Shown here one piece after another: positions 57,801 through 64,000 of a stretch of DNA of 64,000 nucleotides (positions are counted from its first letter, which is position 1; the number at the start of each line of letters is the position of its first letter). The DNA comes from Clostridiales bacterium (GTDB taxonomy: Bacteria; Bacillota; Clostridia; Christensenellales; QALW01). The DNA lies in contig SVIH01000011.1 in assembly GCA_015069575.1 (NCBI GenBank), forward strand, positions 376 through 64,375, given 5' to 3'. The notes beneath the pieces are model-generated. The model had not been told where the DNA came from and did not search any database. It saw only the letters and a list, made by a program, of their open reading frames with translations. Made by a program: the position numbers and the translations under genes.

Positions 57801-60800
57801 TGAAAGATCGGTGTATTCCTTTAATGCAACGGGAACGCGTGTAACAGAAGAAACACTGTATTCATTAATAAATACGATATCGTCCTGTGCTTCCTGATCT
57901 GAATCCATTACGATTTCGCCATTAACGAAAGTAAAATTGGGGTTTGCATTATCATCTAAAAGTTGCTGAATATCCTGGGAAGCAATAATAAGCGAACCAT
58001 TACCGTTATCAATAACTTCAACAACTAACCTGTATAATGCCCTTGAATATGACATACCGGGTAAATATTCATTGTTTGCAGGTTCATCTTCATAAATGGT
58101 GTAACGGTAAGTGCCGGGGGCAGTAAAGGTAATGGAGCCAAAGTCAAATTCGGCAGCATTAAAACCATCAACAGTTGTGTTAGGCTGTGTAACGGTTATG
58201 CCGTTTACAGCATCATAGCCTGCAGGAAGGGGTGCGTTGTTATAGGGTGAAAGGAAGAATGTAAATGAATCAGTTACACCGTCTGAGTTATCAGTATCCC
58301 AAGTGCGACCAACAAGAACCTTTGTTGCTTTAAGGCTTGTGCCTGATGGGAATGTAACAGGGGTTACGCTATAAGTGTTAAGGAAAACGGCTTCACTTGT
58401 TTCGTTTGCCTGAATTCTGCCTGTAGTGCCCTGGCTTACTGTTGTAAAGCCTGCAAGTGCTGTTTCAGTTACCTCGTATTCGGTTTCAGGGGGAAGTGAT
58501 AAGATGGTAGCACTTTGACCGTCTTTAAGTGTAAAGGTGTTGTTATTTTGTGAAAGTGTACCGGTTCTTACCTGGTTGCCGCTTGCATCTGTAACAATGT
58601 AGTTAAGTACAAGTGAACTTACCTGATCACCGTTAAGGTTAAGTGTAAAGGTGAAATCCTTATCGGGTGCGGTAACACCTTCACTTGTTTCAACTTTCTT
58701 TCTAACTTTAAGGTTTCCGCCACCAAGCATTTGAATAACACCGTTGTTACCAAGGTAAACCTTAAAACTGCCTTCATATGGATCGTTGCTTCCGTCAGCG
58801 TGAACGAATGTTGCGCCGTAGAAGTCCTCAGCAGTGTTTGTAGCATTTAAGGTTTTTGTGCCTTCAAAACGTAAAATACGGTTTAAGCGGGGTGAGCCTG
58901 GCTTACGGTAAAGATAACCGCCAATAGTAACAAAAGCATCGCTTTCAGAACCAAAGCTGTTTGCAAGGTTTAAAAGCTGTCTGCCTGTACGGGCAATAGC
59001 AGCTGTTTCAACGCTTGTGCCGTGGTAGTAGGTATCGTTATAGTAATAAGTTGTATTTTCGTCAATGCCTTCGGAAGCAGGTAATTGCTGGGTAAGATCC
59101 GCATCCTTATAAATAGGCATATTTTCTAAAATGTAATAGAAGGGGTTGGTGTGTGAAGGCTCAAACTCAACAAATGCGTTACCTGCTTTGTTGCCGTTAA
59201 CTTCATTTTCACCTGTATAGAGGTTTGAATAGAAGTTGATAGTGCCATCAGCATTTATGTTGTTTTTAACATAATCTGCCGAAACTTTTGTAAGGTCAAC
59301 ATAAGCTTCGCCGCGATCAACCTTTTTAAGTCCGTCTTTCATAGCAACGGAATAAATAACTCTTGCAGGGTATGCACCGTTATTTGTGTGGGTTTTAACT
59401 GAACCATCAGCATTTAATGTAACGGTATTAACGCGCAGGGGAATAACACCTGCAGGAATCTTAACTGTAAGGGTTTCGTTATCGTTTGCATCCTTTGTAA
59501 CGGTGATAACGATGTTTTCAATATCCTGATGTCCGTAAACAGCACTTTCAACAGTACCTTCGAAAATATAGGTAGTGGTGTTGCCATTTTTAGTGCTTGT
59601 TTTTTGTGTAAATGTTGCACCTGCATAAATGATAGCCTTAATGTCTTTAACTACCATATATTCGCCAATGGGGTCTGTATATGTAATAAAGCCGGTATTC
59701 ATAAAGTCATCAGTACGAAGTTCAGTGGGAACTTCAGGCGCGCTGATGGTAATGCTTGAAACGATAGAATCAAAAACGCTTGCTACTGATGAGGCATTAT
59801 CTGCAGGATAATATCCGTTAACAAGATTTTTAAGGGCATCTTTATAGGTTGTAGTATAAATATCCTGTAAGGGAGATCTTGGATGCCTTACCGTATAATT
59901 TTCATTACTGCCTGTTTGTACGGTGATGGTGCTGTTGCTACCGGGCGTCTGGTTAGTGTAGCGGGTCCAGGCGTTTCTTATATTTTCAGCCATATCGTTA
60001 TCACTGTTCCAGTTGCCACCGGGGTTAAGGGTCATATAAGCAAGATCCTGCTCACCGGTATATGATTGATAAAACCAGGAATTTTCGTAGTTATCAAGAT
60101 CAGTAATACCCATACCAACGGTGTAAAGTGTAGCTTGCATATTTGTGCCTGTTACACCGTAATTTTCATTTATGGCATTTTTCATATAAGCACCGGTCAT
60201 TAAAGCTTTAAAGCCGTTGCCATAGTATGAACTGCTACCGGGGCCGTCATTATCATTATTTAAAGGTTCCCACCAGTTGCTTGTATTGTAATTTGTATCA
60301 CCTGAAGAATATGTAGGTGCACCATCAGAAAGTAAAATTACAGAGGGTACACGCTTAACACTTGAACCGTTGATGTCAGCAGTGGTATCTTGGGCAGAAG
60401 CGAGAATGTTCATACCTTCATAAAGACCTGCCTGTATGTTTGTTCCGCCTGAAACATCGATTTCCCTGTTGATATTACCTTCTTCCTGACCTGTTGCGCG
60501 CACGGTAAGTTCAACATTACCGCCTGCGTACTGAGTGTTAAGGGTAAGATAATCATAAGTTGTGTTACCACTGGTGTGCTTTACATAATGATCCAAAGGC
60601 AACAAAGTGGTTGCAGTATCAGAGAATACAACAACTGCAACGCGGGTATAATCGTTCATAGACATCAATTTATCAATAGATGTATTTACCGCAGTTACCG
60701 TATTTGCAATACGGCTTAAACCGTTATCCATTCTACTGTCGCTATTGCTCATTGAACCTGAAATATCAATAATCAATACAACATCAACAGGGGCGTGGGT

Positions 60801-61151
60801 TTCGCCTGAAACTGCTTTTGAAGTACCTAATGCAGAATATGCGATTAAAAAGTCTTCATCATCATTTTTATTGATGGTTGAATTTCCGCCACCAAATGTT
60901 ACAAAAGTAACATCGTTAGAATAAACTGATTTATCTGTCCAAAGTCTTCCTGAATACTCAGTTGATGCGTTATCGCCTAAGGATTCAGTATGTTTTGCGG
61001 ATGTATCAAGATCCACTATTGCGTTTACTGTGCCTGCAACGGCTGTAATTGCCTTTACAGTTGAAAACATTCCTGTTTCAACAACACCAAAAATCATAAC
61101 CAAAGCTAAAAGTGTTGCAACAACAGATTTAAGCAAACTCTTTCTTGTCAT
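54882..61151 (-). CDS. giant cell-surface adhesin: signal peptide, vWA domain, Cna-B/SpaA-type domain, 8 pilin-isopeptide-type repeats, LPXTG-like anchor
   Basis: 2089 aa. MIDAS motif DISGSMS. Eight repeats of F..(A/K)GTY.F.(V/I).E.KG...GV.YD.S.Y.V.V.V.D. C-terminal PVSTG, then a hydrophobic helix, then KKKRDAE. Confidence 0.9.
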   Translation of the reverse strand: MTRKSLLKSVVATLLALVMIFGVVETGMFSTVKAITAVAGTVNAIVDLDTSAKHTESLGDNASTEYSGRLWTDKSVYSNDVTFVTFGGGNSTINKNDDEDFLIAYSALGTSKAVSGETHAPVDVVLIIDISGSMSNSDSRMDNGLSRIANTVTAVNTSIDKLMSMNDYTRVAVVVFSDTATTLLPLDHYVKHTSGNTTYDYLTLNTQYAGGNVELTVRATGQEEGNINREIDVSGGTNIQAGLYEGMNILASAQDTTADINGSSVKRVPSVILLSDGAPTYSSGDTNYNTSNWWEPLNNDNDGPGSSSYYGNGFKALMTGAYMKNAINENYGVTGTNMQATLYTVGMGITDLDNYENSWFYQSYTGEQDLAYMTLNPGGNWNSDNDMAENIRNAWTRYTNQTPGSNSTITVQTGSNENYTVRHPRSPLQDIYTTTYKDALKNLVNGYYPADNASSVASVFDSIVSSITISAPEVPTELRTDDFMNTGFITYTDPIGEYMVVKDIKAIIYAGATFTQKTSTKNGNTTTYIFEGTVESAVYGHQDIENIVITVTKDANDNETLTVKIPAGVIPLRVNTVTLNADGSVKTHTNNGAYPARVIYSVAMKDGLKKVDRGEAYVDLTKVSADYVKNNINADGTINFYSNLYTGENEVNGNKAGNAFVEFEPSHTNPFYYILENMPIYKDADLTQQLPASEGIDENTTYYYNDTYYHGTSVETAAIARTGRQLLNLANSFGSESDAFVTIGGYLYRKPGSPRLNRILRFEGTKTLNATNTAEDFYGATFVHADGSNDPYEGSFKVYLGNNGVIQMLGGGNLKVRKKVETSEGVTAPDKDFTFTLNLNGDQVSSLVLNYIVTDASGNQVRTGTLSQNNNTFTLKDGQSATILSLPPETEYEVTETALAGFTTVSQGTTGRIQANETSEAVFLNTYSVTPVTFPSGTSLKATKVLVGRTWDTDNSDGVTDSFTFFLSPYNNAPLPAGYDAVNGITVTQPNTTVDGFNAAEFDFGSITFTAPGTYRYTIYEDEPANNEYLPGMSYSRALYRLVVEVIDNGNGSLIIASQDIQQLLDDNANPNFTFVNGEIVMDSDQEAQDDIVFINEYSVSSVTRVPVALKEYTDLSGKKPLVSGMFNFKLQAIGYKVDDGNIVNDISKVPMPADAVNGISTTTNEGHNIAFLPVEFTQSTLTSLSANSKVTFYYQMSEVIPHSAVNNKLNGMIYDDTKFDIAVEVSIDPNSSTLIVNAIYPNNVHIATFNNTYSPDPVKTDINGTKIFNGRDTLQGERFEFILTGADEITLDAIVDSIDVPGPITLENLMDGHKYSFSFSNLRFKKPGTYKFKVVEKKGTYKGVTYDESVITITIVVEDNNGVLEVASKTYSNGLDSADFVNTYTSTFTDTPVSLTGTKKLTGKTLLAGEFYFEIVGFKPDGTEIMRSYVTHTEDIQADADGVYSGTIKFLENMTFDMAGTYRFYITESNNMVPNTEYDTAQYLFYVEIEDDNQGNLKVKSTELYKANENSSPEPVNEIVFTNTYKPTPITVDIPVGRKVIDGDRAIGLEAGEFKFMVSLAPNTPDGITLPANPYALNDASGHITFDGITFTKAGTYTIIISEVIPDDADKIPGITYSTEQHLLTYRVVDDRIGNLTAILTTLNNTVIVNGYTAEKTDPVNIEISKDLEGRDWLNSDEFTFKVQADEATKQAIKDGIVEIQLDVNSEDTVTTVIATKGAKATVPVTFNKIGTYKFKITETKGNINGVDYDQSVYEVTIEVKDDSAEAKLKATVTITKDSKSAEAIVFKNTYKAEEVVLSGSANLKVEKDFTGRKNNAWLETDNFTFNLAGADNNTLTAIANGDIAFTNTSVTLTNLNKDNAFFGDITFKKAGTYKFKVTETKGTIPGVTYDESELYVTVEVTDNVTLGKLEASIVVSQSDELTFSNLYTIDPNGIKVVLTDGKKVLKGRDLKDKEFTFIVKDESGKTVMTLTNDKDGVIKFNELIFTEEGTYTFTVSEVKGDDVKTAYDETVYTVTIVVADNNLGKLSAQTTLKKASAPVETITFNNIALSDPVSTGDSFNSILMLALISLTTGFVITTVVKKKRDAE

Positions 61152-61315
61152 AAAAGTGCCTCCCTTTAAAAGTGAAAGTATATATTATATAAAAATTATA
61201 TCATACCGATTTTTATATGTAAATATTTTTTTATATATAATAAATATTTTTTTGTGTTGATTTTTGTGAAATTTTTGAATATAATAGTTACGTTGATTTA
61301 ACTAGGAGATTAAAA

Positions 61316-62209
61316 ATGAAAACCGAAAAAAACATTTTAATAGCATTTTTATTAAATTTAAGCTTTTCCGTTTTTGAATTTTTTGGCGGAATTTTTACAG
61401 GAAGCGTTGCTATTATATCTGATGCTCTGCACGATTTAGGAGATGCAATAAGCATCGGTATTTCCTGGTATTTTGAGCGTTTAAGCAAAAAACAGCCTGA
61501 TAAAAAATATACCTACGGCTATAAAAGATACTCTGTTGTAGGTGGGCTTATTACAACAACGGTGCTTATTCTAGGATCGCTGGTGGTTATAATAAACGCA
61601 GTTTTAAGAATATTTAACCCTGTAAGCATTAACTATAACGGAATGATAATTCTTGCGGTAATTGGCACAGGCATTAATCTTTGCGCAGCGTTTTTTACAA
61701 AAGACGGGGATTCTTTAAACCAAAAAGCAGTTAATCTTCATATGATTGAAGACGTTCTTGGTTGGCTTGTGGTTTTGGTAGGCGCCATTATAATGCGCTT
61801 TACCGATATAAAAATAATTGACCCGCTTTTATCCTTGGGCGTAGCGATTTTTATTTTAATAAATTCCGTTAAAAATTTAAAACAAATAACAGGCGTTTTT
61901 CTTGAAAAAACACCTGAAAGCTTAAATGTTGATAAAATAAAAGAACATCTTTTACAAATTAACGGCGTTAAAGATGTTCATCATATTCACCTTTGGAGTG
62001 TTGACGGCGAAAGCAACTATATTACAATGCATATAGTTTGTGATAATGATTTTGCAAAAATAAAAGCAGAAGTTAAGGAAGAATTAACCCATCTTGGCAT
62101 CAGCCATTCAACGCTAGAGATGGAAAACGAGGAAGAAGCCTGTGGGGAAAAAGAATGTATCGTAAAAGAAACTCATTGTGGGCATCACCACCATCACCAT
62201 CATCATTAA
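61316..62209 (+). CDS. cation diffusion facilitator (CzcD/ZitB-like) transporter with poly-His tail
   Basis: CDF signature (SDALHDLGD), 6 TM helices, and C-terminal HCGHHHHHHHH. Confidence 0.93.
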   Translation: MKTEKNILIAFLLNLSFSVFEFFGGIFTGSVAIISDALHDLGDAISIGISWYFERLSKKQPDKKYTYGYKRYSVVGGLITTTVLILGSLVVIINAVLRIFNPVSINYNGMIILAVIGTGINLCAAFFTKDGDSLNQKAVNLHMIEDVLGWLVVLVGAIIMRFTDIKIIDPLLSLGVAIFILINSVKNLKQITGVFLEKTPESLNVDKIKEHLLQINGVKDVHHIHLWSVDGESNYITMHIVCDNDFAKIKAEVKEELTHLGISHSTLEMENEEEACGEKECIVKETHCGHHHHHHHH

Positions 62210-62212
62210 AAC

Positions 62213-62242
62213 AAAAAAGCACCCTGACGGGTGCTTTTTTCA
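62213..62242. terminator. bidirectional terminator
   Basis: Stem AGCACCC / GGGTGCT followed by a T6 run. Confidence 0.85.
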
Positions 62243-62244
62243 AT

Positions 62245-63093
62245 CTATTCAAAAACAATTGATTTTGCCCATGTTTTTATTTCGTCTTTTAAGTCATCAT
62301 AATTTTCATTGGGCGAAGCGATATTTACAATCCAATAAGCGTCTGTAGTTTTAAATATATAGGCATTGTAATGGTAAACAATATTTTCTGCATCATTAAG
62401 CCACACATATTCAAAATAGCATAACCCGTCTTCGTTCTTTAATTGTTGTTCAGGGGCACTGCTGTCAAGCACTAATTCGGCGTAAGAATCCAAAGGGTAA
62501 CTTTTTAAGTCGGGGTATTCTTCAAAAGATTCTTTTATTACAAAAACGGCGGCAATGTTGCTGTCATAACATGCAAAAAAGTTTTCTTCTTCAATTTCGC
62601 TAAATTGTTCTGTAAGTGTAATTGAAAAATTTTCTTTTGCAAAAACTTTTTCTTTGTAAGAATCGGTATTTACACCCCATAAACCTATTAAAAAACCAAT
62701 AATGGCAGAGCAGGCAATAACTATCAGTCCGATTTTTTTGCCTTTTTTACGGTTGGCGTTGCTTTGCGGATTGTCATTGTTATCAAAAACAAAACTGTTA
62801 CCAAATGAAAGATTGTATCTATTTTTGCCTGTTAAAGCAATATCTTCATTTGATTGGGGCAACTGATAAAAGTCATTACACCAATCTTTTGAGATAATAT
62901 CTGATATAGCATAAATCTTAACCGCATCTTCTGTGATTTCAAAAGTCTTTTCTTCGCCGTTTTTTAATGTGCCAAGCATACGGCAAAGGCAATCACCAAT
63001 ATATACATCACCTGCAGGATCTTCGATATATAATTTTGTTTTAACAAGTGTTGCAACAAAACTTTTAGTTCTTTTAACAGTTAAATTTCGCAT
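62245..63093 (-). CDS. hypothetical single-pass membrane protein
   Basis: 282-aa ORF with a central TM segment (IGLIVIACSAIIGFLIGLWGV). No family recognised. Confidence 0.5.
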   Translation of the reverse strand: MRNLTVKRTKSFVATLVKTKLYIEDPAGDVYIGDCLCRMLGTLKNGEEKTFEITEDAVKIYAISDIISKDWCNDFYQLPQSNEDIALTGKNRYNLSFGNSFVFDNNDNPQSNANRKKGKKIGLIVIACSAIIGFLIGLWGVNTDSYKEKVFAKENFSITLTEQFSEIEEENFFACYDSNIAAVFVIKESFEEYPDLKSYPLDSYAELVLDSSAPEQQLKNEDGLCYFEYVWLNDAENIVYHYNAYIFKTTDAYWIVNIASPNENYDDLKDEIKTWAKSIVFE

Positions 63094-63164
63094 AATAAAT
63101 ACCTCTTAAATAAATGCAAAAAATATTTTTTATTTTTTAAATAATAATGCTTGTAAATATACAG

Positions 63165-64000
63165 TTAATATCCAAACAAATCGTAGTTCAACCAAAGTAC
63201 TGTGTATCGGTCCTTTAATTCTTTTGAATAAAGGATAGCGTTTTCAATTTGCTTATTGGTATATATTTCGTAAAATTCCTGCATATTTAAGTCAACTTTT
63301 TCAAGCATTTTTATAATTTCTTCAGGCGTAGGACACTCGTTTAAAATATCCTTAATTTCCTGCTCTTTTTCTAAATAAATGCTTAATTTGTCGTTATAGT
63401 TGCCGATTCTTTCCTGTAACTTAATACAGCCGTCTGCACAGGAAGAATAGATGTTTTGAATTAGGGTTTCATAATCTTCTTTATTCAATCTGAACAGTTT
63501 ATCGGGGAATGTTTTATTAACAATTTCCTGCCTTATTTTTGCAGTTATAACGGTTGAATAAGCAACATCAATTCCGTGCGCAAGATAGGGGGTGTTATTT
63601 AATATTCCCGTGATTTCAAAAAAGTGTGAAAAATGATGCTCGCTTCCTGAAGCGGGGCGGGAAGAACCTGCAAAACTCATTAAAATACCTACAATAACAA
63701 GGGCTTCCATTAAAGCTTTAATGCTTTCTTCATCTCTTTGTTTAATACCGTCAGCAAGGCTTAAAGTTTTTTGAATCTGTTCAAAAGTTAAATCGTAAAT
63801 ATACTGGCAAAAATACTCATTATTTACGCAGGCGCTTAATTTCCAATCGTTTAAAGCGGAAAATTTACCGATAATATCACCGTAACCTGATTTAATCATT
63901 TCCATAGGCGCATCTTTTAAAATTAAAGTGTCGGCAACAATTAATCTTGGTAAGCCTGATTTAACGGTTTCCTTCATTCCTTTTAAAATCATAGCGGCAC
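63165..64000 (-). CDS. sn-glycerol-1-phosphate dehydrogenase / AraM-like iron-dependent ADH family (partial, 5' end outside window)
   Basis: GSEHHFSHFFE metal-site motif. The frame stays open upstream of the first Met to the window edge. Confidence 0.72.
   Translation of the reverse strand, partial: AAMILKGMKETVKSGLPRLIVADTLILKDAPMEMIKSGYGDIIGKFSALNDWKLSACVNNEYFCQYIYDLTFEQIQKTLSLADGIKQRDEESIKALMEALVIVGILMSFAGSSRPASGSEHHFSHFFEITGILNNTPYLAHGIDVAYSTVITAKIRQEIVNKTFPDKLFRLNKEDYETLIQNIYSSCADGCIKLQERIGNYNDKLSIYLEKEQEIKDILNECPTPEEIIKMLEKVDLNMQEFYEIYTNKQIENAILYSKELKDRYTVLWLNYDLFGY

Noticed and set aside
54882-61151. Whether the giant adhesin gene is part of a sortase-assembled pilus operon or a mobile island.
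   Set aside because: No sortase, shaft-pilin, integrase or transposase gene flanks it. Both sides are bounded by ordinary terminators and transporter genes. The internal repeats are protein-domain repeats, not IS or MITE sequence.
61030-61488. ORFs 61030-61260(+) and 61288-61488(-) around the adhesin start and the CDF start.
   Set aside because: One is antisense to the adhesin signal-peptide region and runs into AT-rich promoter DNA. The other is antisense to the CDF N-terminus. Neither has supporting signals.

Overview
This looks like a chromosomal segment of a low-GC, spore-forming, anaerobic Bacillota (Clostridia-like) genome. The supporting markers are an HrcA/CIRCE-controlled hrcA-grpE-dnaK-dnaJ operon, yabP-yabQ-divIC, and rubredoxin plus desulfoferrodoxin. 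About 65 protein genes and one tRNA-Met are supportable. Most are housekeeping: prfA-prmC, apt, cca, asnS, fba, tsaEB-rimI, murF-ddl, trmL, queH. Accessory islands are interleaved: mazEF, an FdtA/FdtB-type amino-sugar glycan cluster, a sugar-kinase/ROK/HAD/deoxyhypusine-synthase-like module, an AraC-linked catabolic operon, an O2/NO detoxification operon, a 2089-aa vWA/isopeptide-repeat surface protein, and Zn-type ZIP and CDF transporters. The most novel signal is non-coding. I do not recognise a 278-bp, TTAA-flanked, highly self-complementary MITE-like element that occurs five times (3478-3755, 6822-7014, 8241-8518, 53689-53756, 53753-54030). Every copy sits inside a transcribed region. The element supplies the stop codon or last residues of grpE, prfA, a Crp/Fnr regulator gene and a ZIP transporter gene. 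Secondary items are listed below.
- A degraded RayT/IS200-like transposase with three REP-like hairpins and two orphan ORFs (24.3-25.6 kb).
- An operon combining an FAD oxidase, an Fe-S protein, a fused EtfB-EtfA, an FGGY kinase and two cupin-like isomerases.
- A MurF-like ligase whose N-terminal domain is replaced by transmembrane helices.
- An unlisted rubredoxin gene.
- A palindrome centred at -41.5 of the detoxification operon promoter.
All calls come from reading the sequence and the ORF track. No database search was run.
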